Positions 1-13,810 of a stretch of 64,000 nucleotides of DNA are shown piece after piece. The position numbers were made by a program, and so were the translations under genes. The notes beneath the pieces are model-generated. The model did not search any database and was not told the DNA's origin. It was given only the letters and a program-made list of their open reading frames with translations. This DNA comes from Octopus sinensis (Eukaryota): positions 63,798,001-63,862,000 of the forward strand of contig NC_043003.1 in assembly GCF_006345805.1 (NCBI RefSeq), given 5' to 3'. Position 1 is the first letter of the stretch. Each line of letters starts with the position of its first letter.

Positions 1-717
1 CATTTATCTGAATAGCAGAAGTGAAGTTTTTAATCCTTGCCCACATGAAAGGAAATACATCCGATCATACCAGTGTGTTCCATTATGATTATAATCGACC
101 TTCCTCCAATACCAAGAAGTCCAGCAAAGAGTTTGACCAGAACATGCAATAACGCACCTACAATTAAACACGCACTCCCTAGCGCGGTGAGTACCCGCCC
201 AATAGACTTCTTTCCACTCCACCCCCAATATAAGCTCCTACACATATTGTACCCCTACTAACACCGCATGCACGCGTAAATGCCCCGCGAATTTAACCAA
301 TATATAAAAGACAGGAAACAGAGATGTCTATGACCCCACCACACCTAGAGTACCACTACACACATTCCATTTCCACAAGAACACCAACTTTAAAGACACA
401 TTCATTTCCCACAAACTCTTGTCGAACTGCGGCACCCACCCCCCGCCTCAGAGACGATGTTTTGGTTCCAATGGACATAGTTCTTAACTCAATCCCTTGT
501 TCGATTCGTTTCATCATCATTTTCACAGCAACCACAAATCACACGTGTCTATTCACCTCCAATAATAAAGAGTAGTCACCATATTTCATTCCATTATGAG
601 CGCAGGTTTACACAATCGGATTGTTACCTAACACACCGTTGAAGCCCTAGTGCGAAACCAATTGGTAAGATCGGCTGTAATGGATATATAATATTGTACA
701 CTTCGATTTATACATAC

Positions 718-930
718 AAGGCGGCGAGCTGGCAGACACGTTAGCGCGCCGGGCGAAATGCTTAGCGGTATTTCGTCTGTCGTTACGTTCTGAGTTCAAA
801 TTCCGCCGAGGTCAGCTTTGCATAGAGGGGACAAACAAGGACAGACGAAGGGATTGAGTCGATTATATCGCCCCCAGTGCAAAGGTGACTTCGGCGGAAT
901 TTGAACTCAGAACGTAACGACAGACGATTA
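718..930. mobile_element. SINE family B fragments (5' part on +, adjacent body fragment on -)
   Basis: ggcggcgagctggcagacacgttagcgcgccgggcgaaatgcttagcgg head with gagttcaaattcc B-box-like motif, then reverse-oriented gggacaaacaaggacagac...ttgaactcagaacg. Confidence 0.85.
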
Positions 931-1005
931 TAATATATATATAATATATATTATATATATATATAATTATAATAATATATATATATATAATATATATATA
1001 TATAT

Positions 1006-1112
<107 letters not shown>

Positions 1113-1149
1113 TATGTGTGTGTGTGTATATCGGTATATATATGTATCT

Positions 1150-1362
1150 ATGTGTGTCTCTGTTTGTCCCACCTCATCATCGCTTGACAACCGGTGTTGG
1201 TGTGTTTAGTTCCTTGTAAGTTAGCGGTTCGGCAAAATGACCGATAGAATAAGTAATAGGTCTAAAAATAAGTTCTGGGATCGAATTGTTCAACAACAAA
1301 AAAAAACACTTCAAGGTGATGCTCCAGCATGACCGCAGTCAAATGACTGAAAAGTAAAAGAA
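1150..1362 (+). mobile_element. SINE family A, 3' half
   Basis: cttgacaaccg...ttagcggttcggcaaaa...gctccagcatgaccgcagtcaaatgactgaaa matches other copies in the window. Confidence 0.85.
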
Positions 1363-2229
1363 TGAAATAAAAGAGTATAATTAAGTCCGATGCTCTACGT
1401 TCATATTCTTTTTTAAGCGCTTACAAACCCTTCGCTTTGAATCCCTAGCCCCTTTTTACCTAACTTGCCCTTCTAAATTCCACCATCTCTTGTCTACTGC
1501 ATCACCTGCAATCTGACAAACATCCCACCCACCTCGTTCACATTCCACTTATACCCTACCCCCTTCCATCTTACACGACATAACCACTCCCCATCCTCAC
1601 CCCCACTTAAATATACTCTTCTCTTACAATATCTCAGAGCTTCCATATACACACTTATACCTCCTTTCATTCGTTCATCCCACCGCACACAAATACACAC
1701 GCTTTAATAACCTAGAAAGATACATACGCACATATATACACACTCCTAACACTCACAGACACGCTCACATACGGGCGCATGCGCTCAAGCATCATCCTCA
1801 CTTAGGTCACACTTGTTCTGATTGGCGCCATTGAATCGTCCACTTCTTGCTCCTCTTTCTCTTGTGACATGAATAGCGATCACGCAAATACCTTCGCCAC
1901 TGCTGACACCATCCAACCTCTTATCTCCCTTTGCATCCGCTCTCCGCTAAAAATGACCATTCTTTTTTTCTTTTGTCCTTTCTTCGGCCACTTTCCACCA
2001 ACCCAACAGCAGGTGTAGATCACTTTCATACATTCTCGTATCTACACTATTTCAACTTCCCCTTCGACATTTTTAACATTTCGTATTTTTAATCTGATTT
2101 TGACACGTTTGGAATTTTTTATGGAACATCAGCTTTTCGAACACAATTCAATCTCACGTTCTTTGCTCCACAGCCGCACACCAGACCGAGTGCTTCTTCA
2201 ACCCGTCAGGCCTTTTTTATATACAAAGC

Positions 2230-2550
2230 CGCAGAAAAGTTAGAGCATCGGACTCGTAATCATGAGGTAGTGAGTTCGATTCACGGACCGGGCTGTTTGT
2301 TGTGTTCTTGAGCAAGACACTTTTCCACGTTGTTCCAGTTGTGGAAATGAGTTGCGACATCACTGGTGCCAAGCTGTATCAGCCTTTACTTTTCTATTGG
2401 ATAACATCCGTGAGTTGGAGAGAGGAGGTTGCTGTGCATGGACTGGTACGCTGGTCTTCCATAAACAACCTTGCCCGGACTTGTGTCTAGGAGGGGAACT
2501 TTCTATTAGCAAGCTCATGGCCATTCATGACCGAAGGGGGTCTTTACCCT
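2230..2550 (+). mobile_element. tRNA-derived SINE, family C (CORE-like gtgttcttgagcaagacactt segment)
   Basis: tRNA-like head with gagttcgattc B-box followed by a CORE-like segment and a distinct tail. Confidence 0.75.
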
Positions 2551-2601
2551 TACTTTGCACGCGCAAACACACACACACATATATGTATGTGTGTGTGTGT
2601 A

Positions 2602-2632
<31 letters not shown>

Positions 2633-3879
2633 TGTTGCATACTTACTAATGTACCTGTAGTTGAGTGCCTTTGCGTCTGTGTTTGTTTCTCAACATTTAG
2701 CAAGAACTGTTGGTTTCATCGTGGCTGCCGTCATTGTTGTAGTCGTGGTACCTACTGGTGAATAAAAATCTATTTCTAGGGTTGCGTATAGAAGTAGCTA
2801 ACAACTCTCACGAACAGTTAACAGAAGCTTTATTTATTGCACATAGAATTTTCTGTGTTGCACCTTTGACAACAACAAAAAACTAACAGCAACAGTTACA
2901 CACCAAGAGAGACATACTATTGGGAACAACGGCAACTTAACTGATATAGCAATGGTGGCTGACCCATCACGAGAGGAAAACAAGCGTGCTATGTTCATAG
3001 TGAGATAATCTGTGTCTTCTAATTGCCATGAGAATAGAGACGTCGAGCGGCTGCCTCAGCATGTTTACCCGGCAACTCAGCGATTCGGTTTCGATTCCGC
3101 TGCTGTTTATTTCACGTTGCTTTAACGTAGCGATTCGATAGAAAGGAAACGAACGGAATAAATAGCAGACTTTAATACAAATTCTAGGGTTGTTCTGATT
3201 GACTAAATTCTAATTGATTGTGCCTCGGTATGGCTGCAGTTAAGTAAAAGAATATGTATATGAGACACAGGTAAAGCTATAAGGCTTAGTTCGTTTCTGA
3301 ACCACATGGTTTCGGATTTAGGCTTACTACACGGCACCATGACCAAGCGTCTTTTTATAGGCTGGGCCGATCTGTGCCTCGTATACGAATTTGGTAAGCA
3401 GAAACTGTGGAAGCCTAGTGTATGTGTGTGTGTGTGTGGTGTGTGTGTGTGTGTGAATGTATTTCTGCTTTACTATAACCGCTTGAAAATCGGGACTATT
3501 TTGTTTATATTCTCGTAACTTAGCTGTTTGAACAAAATATTAGTTTCAAATTTTGGTACAAGGCCAGAAAGATTTTGGGGAAAAGTAAGTTGGTTACATC
3601 GATCCCAGTGCTCAACTGGTACTTATTTTATCGACTCCCGGAAACAGTGTCGAATGTAAATAATGTAAATAATGTAAACTTATAAAACAGTTTGCAAAAT
3701 CAAACCATCTGAAAATCGAATCCCATTAACATACTGCAAGGCGTCGGGTGACTGTTTTTGAACCGCCGGGTTATGGTGAATTAATGATACTAAGAAAACA
3801 GCAGTTCTTCTGTCGCATAAACAAAAAACACTGACACGGACACACATGAATATACCTATATGTATATTGTTTTATTGTT

Positions 3880-4099
3880 TTATTCTTTTACTTCTTTCAG
3901 GCATTTGACTGCGGCCATGCTGGAGTACAGCCTTTAGTCGAGCAAATCGACCCCAGGACTTATTCTTTGTAAAACTAGTACATATTCTACCGGTCTTTTT
4001 TACAAGACCGCTATCTTACGGTGACGTAAACACACCAGCATTGCTTGTCAAGCAATGTTGGTGGGGGGACAAACACACCACACACACACAACACACACA

Positions 4100-4134
<35 letters not shown>

Positions 4135-4242
4135 CGACGGGCTTCTTTCAGTTTCCGTCCATCAAATCGACTCACAGTTCTTTGGTCGACACGAGGCTAT
4201 AGTAGAAGACACTTTCCCAAGGTGCCACGCAGTGGGGCTGAA
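3880..4242 (-). mobile_element. SINE family A, lacking the first part of the head
   Basis: Reverse complement of family A body and tail; ends abruptly where the Penelope-like fragment begins. Confidence 0.9.
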
Positions 4243-4678
4243 TAGGGCTATTGTATCTGAGGTCAATTACAACAGAATCAAGTTTATATCAAGTAACTCT
4301 AAAATGAAAAGTTGTGTATACCAGTGCAAAATTACTTCTGGTAATGAATTATATTTTTTTAATATAGAAAGCACATCTTCTCAGTTATCTAAAAGAATTT
4401 CTAATCCTTACTCTACATTTAAGGATAGGAATAAAAGTAACAGTACAGGGCTTATTAAATTAATTTGGTATCTAAAAGACCACAATAAACAATTTAATTT
4501 AGATTGGTTGATTAACTCAGTCTCTATACCTTATGACAAAGGCCAGAAATTCTGTCTTCTCTGTAATTCTGAGATATTTTTTATTCTTTTTTCTAAAAAT
4601 CCCCTTGTAAACACGGTTATAGAGCGTGCATACCGATGTAATCATTGGCAGAAATACACCTTTAGTTCATATAAGTGA
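4243..4678 (+). mobile_element. Penelope-like element C-terminal GIY-YIG endonuclease fragment (degenerate)
   Basis: Open frame reads SCVYQCKIT...KRISNPYSTFK...NSTGLIKLIWYLKD...PYDKGQKFCLLCNSE...CNH, the motif order of PLE GIY-YIG domains; the YIG motif itself is mutated. Confidence 0.85.
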
Positions 4679-5303
4679 TATCTATCATTATATATAATTT
4701 AAACACTATTTTTCTTCTTACATTTTATACTCACTAGATATATCTTTTTCCAAGTCTATATGGTTTTATTTAATATACATATAGTTATATATTTCTCATT
4801 TATTTGGGTTTTTTTTACTCCTCTTTCTATAGGCTATCTTTGACGTTATATCGTATAACGTTTTTTTTTAAAACAAACTTAATAGCGTTCAGTTAATCAC
4901 TATACATATCCATCATTTTCTGTTAAAATGTTTTACTGACGAGTTTCATTTCTTCATTTCCTTGAAGAGAAGATTACATTGTTTTACACCATTTTATTCC
5001 ATTGGAATAATACCAGTGATATCTTTGAAATATGTGTCAGAAGTAAAAGAATTTGAATAACACCTGTGTTTAACTCCATTTATTTATTTATATATATTAT
5101 ACAAAATATTTCACGTAACCCCAAAGTTTCTACTTTTAAAAACAAGGAGTTAAAACCTTTCACTCGTGTGATTTTTTGCTACCCGGGTAACTATTTATCT
5201 GTTTTTGCCGTGTTAATTGTTAACAAGGGAAAATACACATATCTGTTTATATATATACATACACACACACACACACATACACACACATACACACACACAC
5301 ACA

Positions 5304-5355
<52 letters not shown>

Positions 5356-5366
5356 GTATATATATA

Positions 5367-5395
5367 CTAGCAGAGATACCTGGCGTTGCCCGTGT
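5367..5395 (-). mobile_element. Helitron 3' terminus
   Basis: Minus strand acgggcaacgccaggt imperfect hairpin, short spacer, CTAG followed by T; 5' extent not defined. Confidence 0.65.
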
Positions 5396-6446
5396 TACAT
5401 ACAATTGGAGAATTAGACTTTTCTGTTATATTTTCTGTAATGAACTGGAATATCTATGTTTCGAATGTCATCAAAATTGCAGATGAGGGTTATTTTCCTC
5501 TTTACACCCCCACCCCAAATTGTAATAGTGCCACATATGTCCCATGCTGCTGATTTTTATGCGCATATTCCAAAATTACAGTCTTATAGAACCTGTTAAA
5601 AGGATTTTGCTCCTGAAAAATGGATATCATGGAGCTCTAAACTGCAAGAGTTAACGCCCCTTTTGGGGGTGGGCTTCTTAATGTCAACCAGAGAAGTTGA
5701 ATTGTTGAGAATCTTTTTAATTTGGGTCTTATATCTGTTGTGTGAATTTCTTTGAAATAGGAAATATATGTTCACTGGGTTTGTAAAAGAGAGCAAAGGT
5801 ACAGGAATCCAAAAGACGAATGATCACAATAAGCAGTCAGCTACAGTAAATTAGACGTTACCACTCCCAATGTAGTATTCGTCATCATCCAGGTGACAGG
5901 CACAGCCGTAAGATGCATTACGAATCTATAGCAATTGGAAGTGCGTGACCCAACTGAAATAAACATTAGCAACTATGTGACGTGAGGGCTAAGGAGAAAT
6001 GAAAGTTGGTGTTAGCAACTGACCACTATACTGATACGTAACTGGACAGAATAAATATACAATCTATAAATGTCTTTGAATAACCAGTCACTCATCTGGG
6101 AAGGCCTTGAAATCAATGTTACCATGTGGGAACTATGTGTGACCCAGTGATAATAAAAAAGACTGAAAGTAGATCTGCAATCAAATAACTTTACTCAACA
6201 CTTTGCAACTGAATCAGTGGAGGCAAAGATGCCTCTCATTTACTTGACAATTTATGCAGCACATTGCAGAAATCACAATCTAAGTGTATGCCAAAGCATC
6301 GTTGACGACCTCGAACACACAAGTGCAAACAAGAGAGACAGAGAAAGGCAGAAACAAGGAAAATGCCACTTATATTTGAACACTATACAAATATTCCCTT
6401 AAAAAAACTTTTCTTTTAATTTTTCTAAATTTAATTATTTAATCGT

Positions 6447-6487
6447 TACAGTTGAAAAGGTCTCAAAATGATCGAAACCGGTACTGA
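6447..6487 (+). ncRNA. Degenerate hammerhead-like motif
   Basis: acag-TTGAAAA-GGTC...GATC-GAAACCGGT-A-ctg; palindromic stem III, but the CUGANGA core carries two substitutions. Confidence 0.35.
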
Positions 6488-7046
6488 AATGTCCTTTATA
6501 AAATTATTTTAGCATCTTCTATCTTGACTTGTTTTTTCATATATATATATATAAGCATACATATGTAGATATGTATGTATATATATGTGTGTATGTATGT
6601 ATGTATGTATGTATGTATGTATTTATATATTATTATATACATATATATATATACATATATATATACATATATATATTATACATATATATATATACATATA
6701 TATATATACATATATATATATACATATATATATACCATATTATAATATATAATATGTATGTATATATATATACATACATGTATATATATATATACATGTA
6801 TGTATATATATATACATACATGCACGCGCACATACGCGCACACACAGGCACATAATATCCATACAAACATACACATCTTCGGATCTTAATCTTATGCTCT
6901 GTGAATAAATCTCAGCAAGCGTGCGTGATTATTCGTGTTTTCTCCTGCGTGTGGTCTTTGGAGATGTTTAGGTTCTCTGACTGGCCTTTCCTTCTAGAAA
7001 ACACAGCCAGGTGTTATACACAATATAAACACGCACGCGCACACAG

Positions 7047-7081
<35 letters not shown>

Positions 7082-7476
7082 AACACGCACACAACACGTA
7101 TATATTTAGTCAGAAGTAGAGCAATGGCTGTGAAACAGAGAACAAGCAAGCATTCACCCAATAAAGGGTCGAAATAACTAGACCTTTAGTACTAGACCTC
7201 TTTCACTTGACCTTCTATTTTTTGTTGTTGTTGTTATTATTTTTTTTTTCGTTCTATCTTTCAACCAAGCAAAAAAAAATAATAAGTGGAAAAAAATCTT
7301 GAAAGAAAGGGGAAAAAAATAAAGACTGCTAGAAAAACACACACTTAATAAAAGCATGTGTTTGAACAGCACGCCCTGAGTCAGAGAAGACTCCTATCTT
7401 GTACAAAGATAACTTTATGGCGTACTACAAAGTGATAACAACAACAACAACAGCAATAATAATAATAATAATAATG

Positions 7477-7520
<44 letters not shown>

Positions 7521-8391
7521 GTCAAATGAAAAAAAAATGGTTGTTTCTGTCCCTATTTCTGGAAGCTAATGAACAGATTGTTTTGATTGTTAAAAGCGTC
7601 AACAACAATACGCATGTGATACACCTCGGGTAATATTTAACCTGAAAGCGACACCTAAAACCTTCTTCTACTTTGTTGAATATTGCGGATGGCAATTGAG
7701 TAAAATTATTTTTAAGTGGATCTGTTCAGTTTGATAAGCAAGACTAAGTTTTCAAACAATCAATTTTCTGCTTCCACCGATTTTCATTCTTAGTAACAAC
7801 CAACAAAGGACTTTCACCACTCGACTCCGAAAATATTTCTTTTGATGTGAGATAAATCTTTTACTTGTCATTACGAAGATAAATTTTCCGCCAAAAAACA
7901 TAATTACGAGAAAGATATTAAAGACAAACATTAGAAAAGCCTTAATTGGAAAACTCTGTTTATGTATGTATGCATGTATGTATGTGCGTGCATGTGTATG
8001 TAGGTATATGTCTGTGTGTGTGTGCGTATATATAGATATGCACGTGTATAATATATATATACATAAGTATATATGTATACATGTACATAGTATATATATA
8101 CTCTCTCTTTTATATTTCTTTACAACAGAGAGAGAAAGAGAGGGGGAGAAAGAGAGTTTATATATTCTGTATACGTGTATACATATATATGAGTGTGGGT
8201 ATATATGTATACACACATACACACATATATATATATACACACATTTATATTTGTATGTACGTAAAAATTTACATATATAGTGGATATTATATATCCAAAA
8301 CATATATAATGTGTGTATATTTATATATATATATAAATAATATACTACATTATACACAACACACACATATATAATATATATATATTATATC

Positions 8392-8433
<42 letters not shown>

Positions 8434-8500
8434 TATATATATATATATTATACCTATATTATAATATATATATACCTATATTTATACATATACCTATATT

Positions 8501-8534
<34 letters not shown>

Positions 8535-10939
8535 ATATATATATACATACAATACATATATATAAATATAGTATATATACACACACGTATATATATATAT
8601 GTACATTCATATATGTACATATATACATAAATATATATATATATATATATATTATATATTATATATATATATATACTCACCACACACACGCACATGTGAA
8701 GTTGAACGAAAAATACAAGAGATATAGAAGAAATCTTTTCTGTTTAAGAAGTCCCGAAATGCAATTACTGAAAAAATACACGGTTCGCCAGTTTATGCAG
8801 CCCGCTGATTACTTAAACAGAGGATAAGTTTACTTGTTTCTGGTTGATGTCAATTGATCTTGTATTTTTCTCTCACTTCTACTGTCTGAGCTGACACCTA
8901 TTCTAATAGTTAATGGAAAGAAAATCTTATTAAATAATATCTTTTACGTATTTATGAAATTTTTCTTTTATTTTCTCCTCCATTTTTTTTTCGACACTTC
9001 TTCGCGAAATACCGCTATGTAACTCGCTTCGGACAAACATCATCTCAGCTGAAGTGAAATAATCATGCGAACATCTGAAAATTAATAGGAAAACACATGG
9101 TAAATATATTCCAAGAATTTCTTCTTGTTCTTCTTCGTCTTGGTTTTATTTTTATTTATTCATTTATATATTTGTTTATTTAGTTGGTCTTGATTTTGGA
9201 TTGGGTATTTTTTTTTTCCGGTTTTCGTTTTCGTTTTGATTTCTCTTTTCTTTTGAAGGCAAGACAGTTAATTCCTTTTTGTCGGATTTAGAAAATAGAA
9301 GACAGTAAAGAAACAATTCTTCGGAAGACAATGCAATAAATCAGTGGCAGAAACAGGCCTCACCAACAACCATAGAGACAAATAAATGCAAACATAACTA
9401 AGAACGAAGACGGGCAGCTAGTGATGTGCGTAGCGTAGACACACGCACAGAAAAATAATTGAAGAACTGCCAAAAATGTATAGACAGAACATCTGGTGAA
9501 GCAGAAGATAAATGCGTGAGTGTACCTCTTCATAGGAAATTGGGTTAAAGAAAGGGGCGTGATGGGGTTAGTAATGTCAGCGGCCCAAAGAATACAGAAT
9601 ACGTCAAGAAAATAGTTGACGATTAGTCAAGGGAAGGAAAAAAAAAATTCATCTGAAAAATAAATAGATTTGCTAATCTAAAGCAGTGTGAAACAACATA
9701 GCTTTATAAAAACAAGCGTTAGAGGTGGAAATACACACAACACATAGGTATATATATATATATATATAATATATATGTATATGTATATATATAGAGGTAT
9801 ATATATATACAATATATATATATATATATTATATATATATATATATGTATATATAATATTGTATTATATATATATGTGTATACACACACACACACACACC
9901 ACAACATATATATATATAATATATATAATTATATGTGTGTGTGTATGTATGTATGTAGGTATATATAACTTAATACATGTGTGTCTGTATAGTTTTGGTA
10001 CTCACGCATATAAAGTAAACTAAACATGATGTTTATCGTCCAAGATATCTATATCACAATTTGATTTCGTTTAACTTTTCGTACAAACACACACACACAC
10101 ACACACACAAGCAAGCATACACGCATATACACTTACGCGTATTCACACACACACACAGACACACTCGTACAATAGATACATACAGGTGCACAGACACACA
10201 TATATATGTATACATTTTATGTATGTGTCACACTGCCAACATCCTTGCCAATACACACCTAACCAGTCATATAAACCACACACACACATCCACCATCACC
10301 AGCTTCCCCATCTCTCCACCATCATTACCACCAGCAGCTCCACTTCTCCTTCCCCACCCCCACCCCCACCTCCACCACCAGCATCACAGTTGAAGGATCC
10401 TCTTTATGATCGCTTGACCTGCTAGGAACAGCGGACCTAGTCTCCCTGAAATAAAAATTCTACGAAGAATGAAGATGAATGTGTTGGATAATTTCCTTTT
10501 GGATCCAAAGCCTGAAATAAAAACGTAACGGTTATGGATAGAATGTTGAATGCACCGACCTATGAACAACAAAAATAACAGCACACGAACCCCTAACCAC
10601 CGCACTACCACCACCACCAGTTCACACTATCAAACACACCCCATTACACCCACACACTTCTTCTTCCCATCACACGCTTGACAATCATAGGAATTGTTAT
10701 TGTGATTCCGTTCAACAAAACGACCGTTCTTTTATTGTTTTTGTTGCTGTTGTTTCTCACTAGGCAGCCCCGAATGAGTAAACCTATGATCAAGATGGCC
10801 AACAATAATCTAATTCTTAATTTCTTGCAGACAAAACGATGAAACAATTGACATTCTGAAGAATTTTGACTAAGAACAAAGTCTCTGTAGGTAATTTTTG
10901 TTATATATAGTATATATTAATGGATAATACACGTTTTAT

Positions 10940-11165
10940 TGGCCTACTGCCTTCTGCAAGATTTGAACCAAGAACTGTGGAAGATGAAACTTAATACAAT
11001 GGCGTACGGCTCCCACATCTGGGACGCTGCTGCTGCTGCTTCTGCCAGTGCTGCACACACCGAGATCACAGACCGTATCCAGAAAAATGGCTTCCAAACT
11101 GATTTGACAAGAAATAGCTCACTAACGCATTCCAGCCACTCGTCCATAATCCTGCTGTCTTCAGA
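10940..11165 (+). mobile_element. Old CR1/L2-like LINE ORF2 fragment
   Basis: AYGSHIWDAA...TEITDRIQK and, after a frameshift, LTNAFQPLVH resemble the YCSHIW...LDRVQ..AFRLI...LQPLSH region downstream of RT. Confidence 0.55.
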
Positions 11166-11179
11166 CTCTCAATTTTCTT

Positions 11180-11236
11180 ACCACCACCACCACCACCACC
11201 ACCACCACCACAACAACAACAACAACAACAACAACA

Positions 11237-11297
<61 letters not shown>

Positions 11298-11315
11298 GAG
11301 CTGCTGCTGCTGCTA
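11180..11315. repeat. Compound trinucleotide microsatellite (CAC)n(CAA)n(CTA)n(CTG)n
   Basis: Direct reading. Confidence 0.95.
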
Positions 11316-11317
11316 GA

Positions 11318-11460
11318 TGATCAGATACTAATTGAACTCACCCGGTTCAATTACTTTTCCTCCTCCCATCACTTATAGTGTATATACCCTCCACCTTGGT
11401 TCCACCTTGGTTCCGAACTAATCCAGTATAACCAATCGATCTGTCGCATAATATCATCCA
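11318..11460 (+). repeat. ~120-140 bp segment also present at 12510-12630
   Basis: gatgatcagatactaattgaactcaccc...ccaccttggttccgaactaa shared by both sites. Confidence 0.85.
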
Positions 11461-11693
11461 CCTTTCCTGGAATCCCTTCCCTGCCTATATTTTCCTCTTG
11501 TCATTGACTTCCAGGTGTTGAAAAACACTAACTGCAACTACACCTTTAGTTTGGTTACGGAAAACCCGCAAAGGCCTCACTATGCCCCATTTCTTCATGT
11601 CAAGATAGTAAAAAAAAATATGATAAAATACTTACTTTATAGATATAGCCAACATCACTACGACACTACTTTTGTTTTCCAATTTCGAATAAT

Positions 11694-12083
11694 CTTTTTT
11701 CCTATAGGCACAAGGCCCGAAATTTTGGGGGAGGGGGCCGGTCAATTAGATCTTCCCCAGTACTCAACTGGTACTTAATTTATTGACCCCGAAAGGATGA
11801 AAGTCGACCTCGGCGGAATTTGAACTCAGAATGTAAAGGCAGACGAAATACCTATTTCTTTACTAACCACAAGGGGCTAAACACAGAGAGGACAAACAAG
11901 GACAGACAAACGGATTAAGTCGATTATATCAACCCCAGAGCGTAACTGGTACTTATTTAATCGACCCTGAAAGGATGAAAGGCAAAGTCGACCTCGACGG
12001 AATTTGAACACAGAACGTAACGGTAGACAAAATACCGTTAAGCATTTCGCCCAGCCTACTAACTACTCTGCCAGCTCGCCGCC
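11694..12083 (-). mobile_element. SINE family B dimer
   Basis: Two body units with junction near 11848; imperfect TSD tttccaatttcgaataat / tttccagcttcgaataat. Confidence 0.9.
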
Positions 12084-12284
12084 TTTCCAGCTTCGAATAA
12101 TGATTATTTAGTTACTTATACGCAGGAGTGGCTGTGTGATAAGTAGCTCGCTTACCAACTACATGGTTCCGGGTTCAGTCCCACAGCGTGGCACCTTGGG
12201 CAAGTGTTTTCTACTATAGACTCGGGCCGACCAAAGCTTTGTCAGTGGACTTGGTAGACAGAAAATGAAAGAAGCCCAACACCT

Positions 12285-12343
<59 letters not shown>

Positions 12344-12360
12344 TATATATATATATATAT

Positions 12361-12500
12361 ATTAGAAGAAATGAGGTAATCAGAAGATCGGATGGTTATA
12401 TTTACAGATATTTATTTATATTTACATTTTTTTACATATATAATCATATCATTTAGATCATTAGCGCTTTCTTTCTCCCATTCTAGTGGGGTTTTCAAAT
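12361..12500 (+). repeat. (TA)n-flanked dispersed module, second copy at 51771-51910
   Basis: attagaagaaatgaggt(a/)tcagaagatcggatgg...ttctcccattctagtggggttttcaaatca present at both sites. Confidence 0.9.
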
Positions 12501-12647
12501 CAAAATGCTGGATGATCAGATACTAATTGAACTCACCCGTTCAATTCCCTTCCTCCTCCCATCACTTATAGTGTATATACCCTCCACCTTGGTTCCGAAC
12601 TAACCCAGTAATAACCAATCCATATTTCACATAATATCTATCTATAT

Positions 12648-12688
<41 letters not shown>

Positions 12689-12715
12689 GATATATATATA
12701 GATATTATATATATA

Positions 12716-12781
<66 letters not shown>

Positions 12782-12814
12782 TTTATTTAAAAGCAGCAGA
12801 AAATTCAACAAAAC

Positions 12815-12854
12815 CTTTTACTCTCTGAGTTTCACGTTCCCGTTCGTCGGACAG
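12815..12854 (-). ncRNA. Hammerhead ribozyme motif, type I (U4C variant)
   Basis: ctgt-CCGACGA-ACG ggaa CGT-GAAA-CTC aga GAG-TA-aaag. Confidence 0.55.
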
Positions 12855-12864
12855 TTTTTGCTCC

Positions 12865-12941
<77 letters not shown>

Positions 12942-13472
12942 TCATGTATGTATGTATGTATGTATTTATGTATGTACGTATAGGCTTGTGTGTCTGTTGT
13001 CCCCCAACCGATGCTGGTGTGTTTACGTCCCCGTAACTTAGCGATTCGACAAAAAAGACCGATAGGAGAAGTACTGGGCTAGGCTTACAAAGAATAAGTC
13101 CTGGGTTCGATTTGCTCGACAAAAGGCGGTGCTGCAGCATGGCCGCAGTCAAATGACTAAAACAAATATAAAAAAAAGAAAGGAATATACTGAGACAAAC
13201 GGAAGCTTTTGAAGCGGAAAGCATCGTTGCATCAAGTTTTTTCTTCTGAATTCAGAGCTTAACATCCTGCTGTAAAAATTTTGCCTTCATTTATCCAGTT
13301 TTAGTAATATATGCACCAGGGGTATACTGAAACAGATGCAATCAGCAACGCACGTCTCTGGTAGACCTTAATAATAATAAATATCTCACTCAAAAGTTGA
13401 TTTATTTCACTATCAAAGCAGGGAACTCATCAATGTAAAAAGAAAGAGAAAAACTCTTACTGACCAGAATAG

Positions 13473-13503
<31 letters not shown>

Positions 13504-13505
13504 TG

Positions 13506-13549
<44 letters not shown>

Positions 13550-13574
13550 ATATATATTATATATATATATATAT

Positions 13575-13776
13575 ATATAATATAAAAATTAACCAACAAG
13601 AAAGCACAAAAACAAACAACGCGAGGACGTGGAACAAATATAGTGTAATTTGACGCACAGGAAAGACGGAAAGAAGGAGGTTTAACGTTTCGAGCGGAGC
13701 TCTTCGTCGGAAACATAGAAGGAAAGATCCAGAGAAGGGAAGACAGAGGAAAAATCGCCAACGGTACACACGAGGT

Positions 13777-13780
<4 letters not shown>
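13575..13780 (-). mobile_element. (TA)n-embedded PLE-type terminal module; related segment at 48215-48310
   Basis: aacgcgaggacgtggaacaa...tttgacgc(a/t)caggaaaga shared; contains a hammerhead motif. Confidence 0.6.
13680..13714 (-). ncRNA. Minimal hammerhead motif with palindromic stem III (U4C variant)
   Basis: GTTT-CCGACGA-A-GAGC tcc GCTC-GAAACGT-T-AAAC. Confidence 0.6.

Positions 13781-13810
<30 letters not shown>

Larger units (their letters stand above)
12119..13180 (+). mobile_element. SINE family A split by insertions in its internal (TA)n
   Basis: 5' part 12119-12280, 3' part about 12985-13180, with other repeat modules in between. Confidence 0.85.

Noticed and set aside
300-440. Possible LINE APE endonuclease remnant (DVYDPTTP...TFISHKLLSNC)
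   Set aside because: Weak similarity without the catalytic motifs; needs an HMM search
5860-6340. Possible Helitron or DEAD-box helicase remnant near the Helitron end
   Set aside because: Only vague resemblance with many stops; cannot be supported by eye
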